From Candidatus Ghiorseimicrobium undicola (GTDB taxonomy: Bacteria; Omnitrophota; Gorgyraeia; Ghiorseimicrobiales; Ghiorseimicrobiaceae): a stretch of DNA of 64,000 bases. The notes under the pieces are model-generated. The model ran no database searches. It saw only the letters and a list, made by a program, of their open reading frames with translations, and had not been told where the DNA came from. The position numbers and the translations under genes were made by a program. The stretch spans positions 457-64,456 of the forward strand of contig PCWA01000035.1 of the NCBI GenBank assembly GCA_002796125.1. The letters run 5' to 3'. The first letter of the stretch is position 1. The number at the start of each line of letters is the position of its first letter. Positions 53,871 through 63,926 of the stretch are shown here, one piece after another.

Positions 53871-53909
53871 TAACTTTACATTTTAGTCAATGACTCTGAT
53901 GTAAAGTTA
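53871..53909. promoter_or_regulatory. Perfect 11-bp inverted repeat (taactttacat...atgtaaagtta) with a 17-nt loop, upstream of uppP.
   Basis: Seen directly. No U-tract, so it is an operator/attenuator-like or terminator-like hairpin. Confidence 0.3.
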
Positions 53910-53955
53910 TGGATAGGTCAAGCCGGGTAATGACGCATCAAATTCAATAGCTATT

Positions 53956-54774
53956 ATGTCAATATATGAATCGATTATTTTAGGCATCGTGCAGGGGCTG
54001 GGTGAATTTTTGCCTATCAGTAGTTCAGGGCATCTTATAATCGTGCCGTATCTTTTTGGGTTTAAGCCGCATAGCTTAAGCTTTGATGTTATGCTGCATT
54101 TAGGCACGTTTTTTGCGCTTTTGATATATTTTTTTTCTGATTGGCTGAAGATTTTAAAAGAAGGATATTTGAGCCTAAAAGAAAAGACCATAAACGGGCC
54201 GTTGGAACGTAAACTTTTCTGGTATATTTTGCTTGCGACAATTCCCGCGGTAATTATCGGTTTATTATTTGAAGGCTTAGCCGAGAATACGTTTCGCAGC
54301 CCTTTACTGGTATCGTTGGTTTTAGCGGGGTTCGGGGTAATTTTTTATTTCGCCCAGAAAAAAAATAAAGGCGTTAAAACTTTAGGCGAAATGAGGCGCG
54401 GGGATGCGTTTTTAATCGGCCTGGCCCAAAGCATTGCCATATTGCCTGGAGTTTCGCGTTCGGGAGCGACGATTACGGCAGCGCTCGCCTTAGATTTAAA
54501 AAAAGAAGAAGCCGTGCGTTTTTCTTTTTTGCTCTCTATGCCGGTAGTATTTGGTGCCGCGATATTAAAACTGAAAGATATATTCCATGATACGGCGAAT
54601 ATATACTGGTATGTTTTACTTGCCGGCTTTTTAGCCGCACTGGTTACGGGGTTATTATCTATTCATTTTTTGCTGCAATTTATTAAGAGGTTCTCTTTTA
54701 ATTTATTTATCGTCTATCGGATTATTTTCGGCATGGCTGTTGCCGGAATCTTCATTTTTGGCGCAAGGCTATGA
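53956..54774 (+). CDS. uppP: Undecaprenyl-diphosphatase.
   Basis: GIVQGLGEFLPISSSGHL and PGVSRSGATI motifs, 8 TMs. Confidence 0.9.
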   Translation: MSIYESIILGIVQGLGEFLPISSSGHLIIVPYLFGFKPHSLSFDVMLHLGTFFALLIYFFSDWLKILKEGYLSLKEKTINGPLERKLFWYILLATIPAVIIGLLFEGLAENTFRSPLLVSLVLAGFGVIFYFAQKKNKGVKTLGEMRRGDAFLIGLAQSIAILPGVSRSGATITAALALDLKKEEAVRFSFLLSMPVVFGAAILKLKDIFHDTANIYWYVLLAGFLAALVTGLLSIHFLLQFIKRFSFNLFIVYRIIFGMAVAGIFIFGARL

Positions 54775-56153
54775 ACAATAAAGATAAAAAAAACGTAAAG
54801 ATTCTGGCTTTATTTTTGCCGGAAATAAAAGAATGCTTAAAGAGCAAGAATTTTATTGAGCTAAAGGGCATATTAGGCAAAATTCCTATTATGGATTTGG
54901 TAGAGGGTTGGCATGAGTTTGAAAAGCAGGAAAAGATCCTTATTTTTAAGCTTTTAAGTATTAAGCATGCTATAGAGCTTTTTGAATCGCTGAGGGTCGA
55001 ACAGCAGTCATTTTTGTTAAGTAATCTTGAAGACGCCAACGTGTCCGAGATATTAAACGAGATGGCCTCTGATGAACGCGCCGACCTTTTTAAAGACCTT
55101 CCGGAAAGGGTTTATAAGAAATTTCTGCGCTTAATGCGGAAAAATGAGGCTGCCGATGTTGCCAGGCTTCTTACTTACGAAGAGGGGACTGCCGGGGCCG
55201 TGATGACCACAGAGTTTGTGGAGCTTGCTAAAGACATGACGGCAAGAAGCGCGATATTAAAGCTCCAGGATACGCTAAAATTTGACAGCGGCATGGATAT
55301 TAATTCCGTTTATGTTACCGATGCCGAGCACAGGCTGATCGGCGCCGTTGACCTGCAGGGCCTGATAAAGGCTCCGGCGGATATGCCGGTAAAAGATTTT
55401 ATGTCCAATATAGACCATTTAAAGGTATACGTGGAGACTTCCGATATTGCCGTTGCCAAAACTTTTAAGAAGTACGATTTGGTAAACGCGCCGGTAATAG
55501 ATTCTTCCGGCAAGCTTATCGGCGTGATTACAGTTGATGATATAGTTGATTTAATAGAAAAGGAAGCCACGGAAGACTTTGAAAAGATAGCGGCTGTTTT
55601 GCCTTTTGAAAAGCCGTACATGGAGGCAAATTTTTTCAAGCTTGTATGGAAAAGGAGCTTTTGGCTTATTGTTTTGGTTGTGGTTGAGTCAATGTCGGCG
55701 TTTGTTTTAAAGTTTAACAACCAGGCAATTAATAATATGGTAGCGCTTACCTTTTTTGTTCCCATATTGATAGCCATGGGCGGTAATGCGGGAACACAGT
55801 CGGCAACGATGATTATAAGAAGCCTGGCTATCGGCGATCTTGGGGTAAAGGATTTTTTCAAGGTTGTTTTAAGGGAGTCGTTTCTGGGTATTTTTATAGG
55901 TGTGACTGTGGCCGTAGTTGGCTCCTTAATTGTTTCTTTTCTTGAGCATGACCCGCTACTGAGCATGGCGGTGGGAATTTCCATGTGTGCCAATATAATA
56001 CTTGCGGCAACAATCGGCGCGGCTTTGCCCATAATCTTTCGGCGCCTGAAGCTTGACCCTGCCCTTATGAGCGGCCCGCTTATCGCCACATGTGTTGATG
56101 TATTCGGCCTGATCATATATTTTAAGGTTGCCGGTTTAATACTCCCCAGTTAA
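54771..56153 (+). CDS. mgtE: Magnesium transporter MgtE.
   Basis: MgtE N-domain, tandem CBS domains, and a C-terminal TM domain with the GGNAGTQSATM motif. Confidence 0.9.
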   Translation: MNNKDKKNVKILALFLPEIKECLKSKNFIELKGILGKIPIMDLVEGWHEFEKQEKILIFKLLSIKHAIELFESLRVEQQSFLLSNLEDANVSEILNEMASDERADLFKDLPERVYKKFLRLMRKNEAADVARLLTYEEGTAGAVMTTEFVELAKDMTARSAILKLQDTLKFDSGMDINSVYVTDAEHRLIGAVDLQGLIKAPADMPVKDFMSNIDHLKVYVETSDIAVAKTFKKYDLVNAPVIDSSGKLIGVITVDDIVDLIEKEATEDFEKIAAVLPFEKPYMEANFFKLVWKRSFWLIVLVVVESMSAFVLKFNNQAINNMVALTFFVPILIAMGGNAGTQSATMIIRSLAIGDLGVKDFFKVVLRESFLGIFIGVTVAVVGSLIVSFLEHDPLLSMAVGISMCANIILAATIGAALPIIFRRLKLDPALMSGPLIATCVDVFGLIIYFKVAGLILPS

Positions 56154-56155
56154 TA

Positions 56156-56524
56156 ATGAAAAAACATTTATTTTTATTCTGTATCGGGATGATGCTTTTA
56201 GCTTGCGGCTGTGCCGGTGCCGGTTTCTACGGCAGGGAGGGGCGGATTCATTACGGAGCTCAATTCGGCCAGAGCGATTCAAGCATGCAAAACCGTAAAA
56301 ATATCGCTATAAACTTTGGTATTATATCTGTCGGTATGAGCAAAAAAGAAGTACTTGATAAGCTGGGTGAGCCGGCAAGCACCACGGTAACTAAAGATAA
56401 TCATTATGTCTGGTATTATAATTCCGTTCCTGCGCTGGATAAATATTCCGAACCGATAAAAGACGTATATATATTTTTTGACGATTATAAGGTAATTAAC
56501 CCTCCCAGCTCTAATGTCAAGTAA
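56156..56524 (+). CDS. Small lipoprotein, unknown function.
   Basis: Lipobox LLACGCAG. Confidence 0.4.
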   Translation: MKKHLFLFCIGMMLLACGCAGAGFYGREGRIHYGAQFGQSDSSMQNRKNIAINFGIISVGMSKKEVLDKLGEPASTTVTKDNHYVWYYNSVPALDKYSEPIKDVYIFFDDYKVINPPSSNVK

Positions 56525-56930
56525 AAACTTAATATTGGAAGACGATAAAATGTGCTTTGCCTGCGGCAGAAATAACGCCATAGGGCTTAAGCTGCGCTTT
56601 GAGCTTAAAACTGACAATCTTATTGAGACAGAATTCATACCCCAGAAGGCCTATCAGGGCTTTAAGGATATTGTTCACGGTGGTATAATTTCCCTGATTT
56701 TGGATGAGTCCATGCTTAATCTTTTATGGAAAACAGGCAGGCCGGCGGTTACGGCATCTTTGACGGTAGATTTTAAGAGCGCGGCGAAGGTAGGGGAGGG
56801 GCTTATTTTTAGTGCCTCAATTGATAAAGAGGATAGGCGTATAATTTATGCCAAGGCTCAGGCGCGCAAGAAAAATGGTGGTGTTCTAATCGCTACAGCT
56901 TTTGCTAAATGTTTTGTTATCTACCAATAA
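56514..56930 (+). CDS. PaaI/YbgC-type hotdog-fold thioesterase.
   Basis: Hotdog thioesterase pattern (GLKLRFELKTDN...HGGIISLILDESM...). Confidence 0.65.
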   Translation: MSSKNLILEDDKMCFACGRNNAIGLKLRFELKTDNLIETEFIPQKAYQGFKDIVHGGIISLILDESMLNLLWKTGRPAVTASLTVDFKSAAKVGEGLIFSASIDKEDRRIIYAKAQARKKNGGVLIATAFAKCFVIYQ

Positions 56931-57038
56931 CGTCATTGCCCGGCTTGACCGGGGGAGGACAATAAACCCGTATTTATTATGAGTATATACCCAAAATAAC
57001 CTACCGGTTAGTATGGGTATTTACCCGTAAAAAATCCT

Positions 57039-57431
57039 ATGATTAAATCCCGCGGCCGTCCGATAAAACCACGAAAAATCCGGCGCCAGCCAAAGATTAT
57101 GCATTTTAGCCCCCGGGGGAAGCCCGGCAGGCCGGATGAAATTGAGCTTAAATTTGAGGAATTTGAGGCGGTTAAGCTGATAGATTACATCGGGCTTTCC
57201 CAGAAAAAGGCCGCCAGTCTGATGGGTATATCCCAGCAGACATTCAGCCGGGTGTTCCGTAGGGCGCATAAAGCCATAGCAAATGGCCTGATTTTGGGCA
57301 AAATAATCAGAATAAGGGGCGGAAACTATGATCTCACCGGCCACGTGCATATTCAGCCGCAAGAGCAAAAACATCTCAAGAGGGCTTCCAGAAGCCGCCA
57401 GTCAAGAGCAGTCCGGAAAAAATCCATCTAA
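57039..57431 (+). CDS. DUF134 (UPF0251) family putative DNA-binding protein.
   Basis: RGRPIKPRKI...FSPRGKPG...ELKFEEFEAVKLIDYIGLSQKKAASLMGISQQTFSRVFRRAHKAIANGL, a sigma-70 region 4-like HTH. Confidence 0.65.
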   Translation: MIKSRGRPIKPRKIRRQPKIMHFSPRGKPGRPDEIELKFEEFEAVKLIDYIGLSQKKAASLMGISQQTFSRVFRRAHKAIANGLILGKIIRIRGGNYDLTGHVHIQPQEQKHLKRASRSRQSRAVRKKSI

Positions 57432-57696
57432 AATTCCTTTAAAAACACAATCTTAATAACTTCTCTGAAGCCAGAATAGCCATATCTATTACTTCCTATA
57501 ATATATCTTATGTTAACTTCAATATGTGGATAATATTGCCATAATTGATTGCGCTATATATAGTTATAGTGAATATGTAATTTCCTGTGGATAAGCAGTT
57601 TTTGGTTTACTTGGATTTACCGGGGTTTTTATTGCTTTCCCCCGTCTTGCGTTTGGTGTGTTTTGCTGTTTATATTTTTGGTAGAAGCTTGTGGGC

Positions 57697-58962
57697 CTAT
57701 TTGATTAGTTCGGGGTTATTTTCTATGATTTTCAGGAAGGTTTCAACTATTTTGGGGTCAAATTTATTGTTTTCATTTGCCGCGATTTCAGCGATGATTT
57801 TCTCAAGCGGCAGTGCCTTGCGGTATGGCCGGTCGGTATGCATGGCGTCAAAGGTGTCTGCCACGGCCAGTATCTTTGCCCCCGACTCGATTTTATTGCC
57901 ATCCAGGCCGTCAGGATAGCCGCTCCCGTCACATCTCTCATGGTGGTGCCTTACCAGCTTCGCCGCTTCTTTTAAGAAAACCAGGGGTTTTATTATCTCT
58001 TCCCCTTTTACCGGGTGTAATTTAATTTGCTCAAATTCTTCCGGAGTCAGGCGCCTTTCGCAAAGAAGAATACTGTCTTTTATGCCGATTTTGCCTATAT
58101 CGTGCAATAAAGCCGCCCTATGCAGGTCTCGCTTCACGGGCGCGCTGAAATTCATTTCATCGGCTATAGCCATAGCATATTTGGCGACATTTTCTGAGTG
58201 CCGCCTTGTGTATTGGTCTCTGGCGTCAAGCGCTAACGCAAGAGCGGTTATAGTTTTCAGGTATTCATTTTGTATGTCTTCATGCAAGAGTATGTTTTTA
58301 AAAATAATCGCCGCAACCTTGGCAATATTTACCATAAGCGAAAATTCTTTGTCGCTGAATTCTTTATCCGGTTTTTTATCGCAAATATAGATAATTCCCA
58401 GTACCTGGTTTTGAAAAATCAACGGTACGCCTATAAAAGATTTCTTTAGGTACGGTTCTTTATTGATATTTTTTAGAAAGCCTTCTTTTTCCAGGTCGTT
58501 TATCATCAGGGGCGCTTTCTGCGCGGCGATAAAGCCAGATATGCCGTCTTTTTTTGACAGGTTAAAATTTATGGTTTCGTCGTTTTTCAGGCCTATGGAA
58601 TGTTCGATTTCAAAATTTTCGCTTTCATTATTGATAGAAAGTAAAATAACCTTTTCCACGTAGAAGAATTTGTTAATACTTTCTACGATATGTTCCGAGG
58701 CTTTTTGGCGCTCAAGAGTTGTCGCTATTTCTTCGTGCAGTTTGAATACGAATTTGGTTTCTTCCTCATGCCATAGTTTATCTTCCAGCTTTATTGCCTT
58801 GGGCGGATAATGATCAGGCATCAGGTAATCATTTTGGGTTATTTGGGAGCTGTATTTTTTATAACGGCGGGCAGTTAACTCTGATTCTGCGGTTTTGAGA
58901 AGCTTACGGGTTATAATTATTACCCCCGACAGCAAGATTAAAAATAAAGCAATTTTCAGCAT
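57697..58962 (-). CDS. HD-GYP domain c-di-GMP phosphodiesterase with N-terminal TM and GAF-like domain.
   Basis: YTRRHSENVAKYAMAIA...ALLHDIGKIGI...HHERCDGSGYPDGL (HD-GYP signature). Confidence 0.8.
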   Translation of the reverse strand: MLKIALFLILLSGVIIITRKLLKTAESELTARRYKKYSSQITQNDYLMPDHYPPKAIKLEDKLWHEEETKFVFKLHEEIATTLERQKASEHIVESINKFFYVEKVILLSINNESENFEIEHSIGLKNDETINFNLSKKDGISGFIAAQKAPLMINDLEKEGFLKNINKEPYLKKSFIGVPLIFQNQVLGIIYICDKKPDKEFSDKEFSLMVNIAKVAAIIFKNILLHEDIQNEYLKTITALALALDARDQYTRRHSENVAKYAMAIADEMNFSAPVKRDLHRAALLHDIGKIGIKDSILLCERRLTPEEFEQIKLHPVKGEEIIKPLVFLKEAAKLVRHHHERCDGSGYPDGLDGNKIESGAKILAVADTFDAMHTDRPYRKALPLEKIIAEIAANENNKFDPKIVETFLKIIENNPELIK

Positions 58963-59034
58963 AGTTTTTTGCCTCCCCCCTGTTTATATTTTTGCCTTTT
59001 TTAGTTTAAAAGAGGAGCCGTTTATCTACTTTTT

Positions 59035-60501
59035 TTATGTTTTTTTGGATAAATGTGAGCATATGATGCTGGATGCGGCAACAATAAGCAATATAAGCCA
59101 GCCGAAGAGAAATAGGGACCATTGGGGGTATCCTTCGTAAGGTGTTGCCATATCTCTTTGTATGGTAGAAATAAGAAGAAAAACAAGCAATATTGGTATA
59201 ATATATTTTATCAGAATTTCCCACCATTTGCCGATTTTTATGTCTGATACGCTGTTGACATATGCCCTTAGTTTATCTGCCCCGTAAAGCCATCCTACAG
59301 CCAGCACTTCCAGCAGCCCCACCGCGACTAATCCGTAATTGGTTATAAAATGGTCAACGATGTCTAAATAGTAGAGCCCGGCAAAAGTAGTAAAGATTAT
59401 TCCTGAGGCGAAACCGAATACGCAGACATAGAGTGAGACGTCCTGGCGCCTGACATGCGGGAAGCTGTCTGATATTACCGTGGAAGCCGCCTCAACTAAA
59501 GAGAAAGCGCTATCAATGCCTAGAGTTATTAGCATAATAAAAAATAATACCGCGAAAAATGGAGCAAACGGAATCAAGGATAATGCTTTTGGAAAAACAA
59601 TAAATGCTAAAGATGGCCCTGAGGCGGCCAGTTCTGAAATAGCCACCCCATTTTTTAATGACATATATCCCAGGGTAGAAAATACGGCAAATCCCGAAAC
59701 AATAGATATTGAGGAATTTACCAAAGATGTAACTATCGCGCTTTTGGCAATATCGCTTGATGTGTGCTGGTAGCTCGCGTAAGCAATCATGATTCCGAAA
59801 GCAAGGCTTAAAGTGAAAAATATCTGGCTCATTGCCGCAGACCATACTTCAAGGTCTAAAAGAGCGCTAAATTTTGGTTTAATGTAGAAAAGAACGCCTT
59901 CCATGGCTCCGGGTAAGGTAATTCCGCGCGCCAGCAGGATCAAGAGTAAAACTACCGGAAGCGGCATGGTGATTAATACCACCTTTCCTACGCTTTTTAC
60001 CCCCTTCCATACCGAGAAATATATCATCAGCCATACCAAAATAAGAGAAAATAATATAGCCGGGGATATAAAGCCTGTTTTTGCCGCGTTATCCGATAGG
60101 TGCAGTATGTTGTTGAAAAAGAAGGTTTTGGTATCTGTTCCCCAGCGCATACTGAAAGAATGTACTAAATATATAATACACCATGCCATAACTACGGCAT
60201 AATAGCCGCATACTACAAATCCGCTTAATACGCCGCCTAATCCTATCCCTGAAAGTTTATGTTTAATATTTTTGAATGAGCCGACTGCCCCCAACTGCAT
60301 CTTCTGGCCGATGGCAAATTCCATTATTAATAAAGGTATGCCTAAAACAAAAAGCATGAAAAGATAAGGGATTAAAAATGCGCCTCCTCCGTACTTGCCG
60401 GCTAAATAAGGAAATCTCCAGACGTTGCCCAGGCCAACAGCCGAGCCGATAGCCGCAAAAATAAAAATCATTTTCGAAGACCATCTTTCTCTTTTTATCA
60501 T
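59035..60501 (-). CDS. Sodium-dependent transporter, SNF/NSS family.
   Basis: AVGLGNVWRFPYLAGKYGGGAFLIPY and 11-12 TMs. The start is probably the second Met (60501), giving an ATGA overlap with yjbQ. The tracked ORF extends to 60528. Confidence 0.85.
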   Translation of the reverse strand: MIKRERWSSKMIFIFAAIGSAVGLGNVWRFPYLAGKYGGGAFLIPYLFMLFVLGIPLLIMEFAIGQKMQLGAVGSFKNIKHKLSGIGLGGVLSGFVVCGYYAVVMAWCIIYLVHSFSMRWGTDTKTFFFNNILHLSDNAAKTGFISPAILFSLILVWLMIYFSVWKGVKSVGKVVLITMPLPVVLLLILLARGITLPGAMEGVLFYIKPKFSALLDLEVWSAAMSQIFFTLSLAFGIMIAYASYQHTSSDIAKSAIVTSLVNSSISIVSGFAVFSTLGYMSLKNGVAISELAASGPSLAFIVFPKALSLIPFAPFFAVLFFIMLITLGIDSAFSLVEAASTVISDSFPHVRRQDVSLYVCVFGFASGIIFTTFAGLYYLDIVDHFITNYGLVAVGLLEVLAVGWLYGADKLRAYVNSVSDIKIGKWWEILIKYIIPILLVFLLISTIQRDMATPYEGYPQWSLFLFGWLILLIVAASSIICSHLSKKT

Positions 60502-60893
60502 GGTTGACTCCCTATTGTTTTTACCCACACCTGCCTTTTCCTCGGGCCGTCGTATTCAGCGAGGTATATCCCCTGCCATGTGCCTAAAAGGGGCTTGCCT
60601 TCTTCTATGATTAGGTTTATAGAAGAGCCGGTAAGCGTTGTTTTAATGTGCGCGGGCGAATTGCCTTCGGCATGCTTAAATCCTGTTTCGGGAATTATCA
60701 TCAGGCCTTTGATGATGTCGTTGATTACGGATGGGTCGGCGTTTTCATTAATGGTGATGCCGCAGGTTGTATGGGGTATAAAAATCACGCATATGCCGTT
60801 ATTAACACGCGAATCGCTGATTATCTTTTCGATTTTCGGCGTTATATCTATGAGCTCTTCTTTTTTTGCTGTAGATACGCTGAACGAAAACAT
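60498..60893 (-). CDS. yjbQ: YjbQ/UPF0047 family protein (secondary thiamine-phosphate synthase-like), paralogue 2.
   Basis: GICVIFIPHTTCGITINENADPSVINDI...SPAHIKTTLTGSSINLIIEEGKPLLGTWQGIYLAEYDGPRKRQVWVKTIG. Confidence 0.8.
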   Translation of the reverse strand: MFSFSVSTAKKEELIDITPKIEKIISDSRVNNGICVIFIPHTTCGITINENADPSVINDIIKGLMIIPETGFKHAEGNSPAHIKTTLTGSSINLIIEEGKPLLGTWQGIYLAEYDGPRKRQVWVKTIGSQP

Positions 60894-60894
60894 T

Positions 60895-61317
60895 TTATGT
60901 AGGCGGCTCCATTATTTCAATAAGATTTTTTTCAGGGTCGCTTGCGAAATATACAAAATGGCTGCCTCGTTTTATTTTCCTGATTTTTACGCCGGATTTT
61001 AAAAGGTATTTAACAAATCGCGCTTTATCCTTTACGAAATATCCCCAGTGGTTTAATCCCCGGAAATTTTTTATTTGTTTTTTAAATTTTATGGAGCGTG
61101 CTGAAAATATTTCCAGGCGGATATGGCCCTTAGAAAGCACCGTCATTAAACAGCCGCAATCTATGCCGAATATTTTTTTTATAATATTTTTAGGGATTAA
61201 GGATTGTTTTTCTTTTGAGAAGCCGAAAATGTTTTCGTAAAACCTGATCAGCGATAATGGCTTATTGCTGAATATCCCGATATGAGCATAGGCGCAAGTT
61301 TTAATTTTTCGGTACAT
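60895..61317 (-). CDS. VOC (glyoxalase/bleomycin-resistance) family protein.
   Basis: AHIGIFSNK...SLIRFYENIFGF and a C-terminal FASDPEKNLIEI pattern. Confidence 0.5.
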   Translation of the reverse strand: MYRKIKTCAYAHIGIFSNKPLSLIRFYENIFGFSKEKQSLIPKNIIKKIFGIDCGCLMTVLSKGHIRLEIFSARSIKFKKQIKNFRGLNHWGYFVKDKARFVKYLLKSGVKIRKIKRGSHFVYFASDPEKNLIEIMEPPT

Positions 61318-61328
61318 ACGTATTATTA

Positions 61329-61697
61329 TTAGTTTATTTCCAGTTTAAGCCCGCGATCTTTGAAGTGATTATAAACTTTACATATGGAAAGGGGGTCTAT
61401 TTTGGTAAACTGAATGCCTATTTCATAGTACGATTTTTGAGCGCTGTTTTCTCTTTTTTTCACCCAGACAACTTCTCCTTTAGCCGGCAGCACATGTTCA
61501 CTGCCTCGAAGCATGATATCTATAGCCAGTAATACGCCTTTTTTTATTTTTTTGGCTATGGCTAATTTTAATCCCCCTCCACCTATATTTATCACGGATA
61601 GCGCGGTTTTCTTGGGAGAGAAAAAACCGTATTTATACGTTACGCTTATTATGTCATCAAAATTCGCAAGCCGTTTTTGCCGCCTTCGGTTAAACAT
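61329..61697 (-). CDS. PilZ-domain c-di-GMP-binding protein.
   Basis: RRRQKR (RxxxR) and NIGGGGLKL (D/NxSxGG) motifs. Confidence 0.65.
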   Translation of the reverse strand: MFNRRRQKRLANFDDIISVTYKYGFFSPKKTALSVINIGGGGLKLAIAKKIKKGVLLAIDIMLRGSEHVLPAKGEVVWVKKRENSAQKSYYEIGIQFTKIDPLSICKVYNHFKDRGLKLEIN

Positions 61698-61745
61698 TCT
61701 GGAGCCTCTCTACTTCGCCATAGGGGGCGACGCCCCTTAATGGGA

Positions 61746-62297
61746 TTAATAACTCATTCTCCATAAGCCGCGCTGAGCGGATTGCGCCTCTTTTTGTATA
61801 GCGAGAAAATTCTCAGCGTATTTCACATTTGGAGGAATGCTTAATATTTGCGCATACCCCTGTTTTAATATTTCGGCGTTTACGAATGTGCCGTCAGGAA
61901 GAAATACATAAGCAAGCAGCCGGCCGTATTTATCCTGTTTCTCCGCGTCAAATTCAAGGCGGACTTTTTTATTGTCTAACAGCTTTTTTGTAAAATCCCG
62001 GGCAAGCTTTCCGAATTTTTTTAGAGTTTCTATGTCTAATCTCTTTTCTCTTGCCTGCCTGAATAATTTATCGCTTTCGTGGAATTCCGGGCAATCTATA
62101 CCTATTAATCTTATCCAGCGGCCGCCCTCTACCTTAACCGTATCTCCGTCAGCCACGTAGGTTATAAGTAAATTATTATAATCGTAACTGCGGCCGAGGG
62201 GAATGGAACATTTTCTGCAAGAAACGGATAGGATGACAACGAGGATACATAGAACTAAAGGAAGAAACTTCCATTTCTTGTTATCTTTTTTAACCAT
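61746..62297 (-). CDS. Thermonuclease (staphylococcal nuclease-like) family protein, membrane-anchored/secreted.
   Basis: N-terminal TM, then SNase motifs (VADGDTVKV, IRLIGIDCPE...YGRLLAYVF). Confidence 0.7.
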   Translation of the reverse strand: MVKKDNKKWKFLPLVLCILVVILSVSCRKCSIPLGRSYDYNNLLITYVADGDTVKVEGGRWIRLIGIDCPEFHESDKLFRQAREKRLDIETLKKFGKLARDFTKKLLDNKKVRLEFDAEKQDKYGRLLAYVFLPDGTFVNAEILKQGYAQILSIPPNVKYAENFLAIQKEAQSAQRGLWRMSY

Positions 62298-62343
62298 GCC
62301 CCTTTAAATTCCGGATTCTATATTCTAAATTTTATATTTCCCA

Positions 62344-63306
62344 TTATACATTAGGTTTTATATTTAGTCCAGCGAATCTCTCAAGGCCCCCTGCTTCTTG
62401 TATCCAGCCGCGTGATAACCCTAATTTTACCATAACATCTTTTGCTTTTTGGTATTCTTCGCGCGTTATGCGGCGGTTTAGCTCGGGGAATTCGCCTGCC
62501 CGGTAGGATGGGAAGTATTGGCTCATCAGGGAGATATGGCATTGTGCGGACAGCTCATTTTTTATAAAGGAAAGTATTTTTTCTGTTTCTGCTATTTTAT
62601 TCGGCAGTACGAGATGCCTGATAATCAGGCCTCTTTCAATTATGCCGTCCCGATTAATTATGGCCTCTTTTGTCTGCCTAAGCATTTCTTTTACAGCGCT
62701 TTGGTTGAAAAAAACGTATTGCCGGGCATTGGAGTATGCGGCTGCCGTATCGTCTTCTCCATAACGCATATCGGCCAGGTATATGTCAACTACGCCGTCA
62801 AGAAGTTTAAGCGCTTGAGGCAATTCATAACCGCTTGTATTATAGACGATTGGTATTTTAAGGCCGTCTCCGGCAGCGATGACAAGGGCGTTTAATATAT
62901 TGGCTAATACATGAGTGGGGCTCACCAGATTAATGTTGTGGGCGCCTGCTTTTTGTAATTCAAGCATAAATTCGGCAAGTTCGCTATCCTCAACCTCCCT
63001 TCCCTCCCCTTGTTGTGATAACTTGTAGTTTTGGCAATATAGGCAACTCAGGTTGCAGTGAGTAAAAAATATCGTACCTGAACCGCGTGTGCCTGAAATG
63101 GGCGGCTCCTCTCCTTGGTGCAGAAAATAGCTGGAAACAACCGATTTTTTACCGGTTTTACAAGCCCCTTTTTCGTTCTCAAGGCGCTTGACAGAGCATT
63201 TCTTCGGGCACAAAGAGCATGATTCCATAATTTTCATTGCCTTGGCCGCCCGTTTTTCTAATTCACCGGTTTTATATAAATTTCGATATGAAGGGTATTC
63301 TTTCAT
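62344..63306 (-). CDS. Radical SAM protein, PflX-like (pyruvate formate-lyase activase homologue family).
   Basis: CSLCPKKCSVKRLENEKGACKTG N-terminal motif. HQGEEPPISGTRGSGTIFFTHCNLSCLYCQNY radical SAM cluster. Confidence 0.65.
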   Translation of the reverse strand: MKEYPSYRNLYKTGELEKRAAKAMKIMESCSLCPKKCSVKRLENEKGACKTGKKSVVSSYFLHQGEEPPISGTRGSGTIFFTHCNLSCLYCQNYKLSQQGEGREVEDSELAEFMLELQKAGAHNINLVSPTHVLANILNALVIAAGDGLKIPIVYNTSGYELPQALKLLDGVVDIYLADMRYGEDDTAAAYSNARQYVFFNQSAVKEMLRQTKEAIINRDGIIERGLIIRHLVLPNKIAETEKILSFIKNELSAQCHISLMSQYFPSYRAGEFPELNRRITREEYQKAKDVMVKLGLSRGWIQEAGGLERFAGLNIKPNV

Positions 63307-63926
63307 TTTTCTACGCGTTCTATTTCCGCTTTTACATTATTTATTCTTTCATCTATCGCCGGATGAGATTCTAGAAATGCTATATGATAATTGAGCGCCT
63401 TTTGGTCTTCTTCTTTTAGTTTTTTAAAGAAGCTGATCATTGCCGCGGGCTTAAAGCCGGCTTTGTATGCGTATTTTACTGCCAGCCGGTCAGATAAGCG
63501 TTCGTCTTCCCTGCTGTAACCAAGAGAAATCAGCCCGAAAACAGTATTTACTGCCCGGGATGTTTCTATGTTTGTCGCTTTATTTAAGGCGATACTCATT
63601 ATGAGCTGATAGCCGATAGTTACCTGCAGTTTCTTTACGGCATGTTTGGCGGCAATATGGCCTACTTCATGCGCGATGACACAGGCGAGTTCATCATCAT
63701 CCGCCTTGTCCATCAGGCCGGAATTTACGTAAACAAACCCTCCGGGCAGGGAGAAAGCATTCAGCGTTTTATCTTTTACTACTTTAAAAACGTATACCAG
63801 GTCTTGGCGGTCGGATACAGCGGCGATTTTTTTACCTATTTTCTTAAGCCGCTTGTTTTGAATTATATCTCCAGATATAGGGTATTCCAGCTCTGCCTGC
63901 CTGGATATTGATTTTCCAAGAGACAC
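63303..63926 (-). CDS. M48-family zinc metalloprotease (HtpX/BepA-like).
   Basis: HEVGHIAAKH HExxH motif plus a downstream Glu region. Confidence 0.7.
   Translation of the reverse strand: MSLGKSISRQAELEYPISGDIIQNKRLKKIGKKIAAVSDRQDLVYVFKVVKDKTLNAFSLPGGFVYVNSGLMDKADDDELACVIAHEVGHIAAKHAVKKLQVTIGYQLIMSIALNKATNIETSRAVNTVFGLISLGYSREDERLSDRLAVKYAYKAGFKPAAMISFFKKLKEEDQKALNYHIAFLESHPAIDERINNVKAEIERVEK

Noticed and set aside
57587-58025. Plus-strand ORFs (110 aa, 70 aa) opposite the HD-GYP gene.
   Set aside because: Antisense to a CDS with unambiguous HD-GYP motifs. Proline/arginine-rich, which is characteristic of GC-skewed antisense frames.
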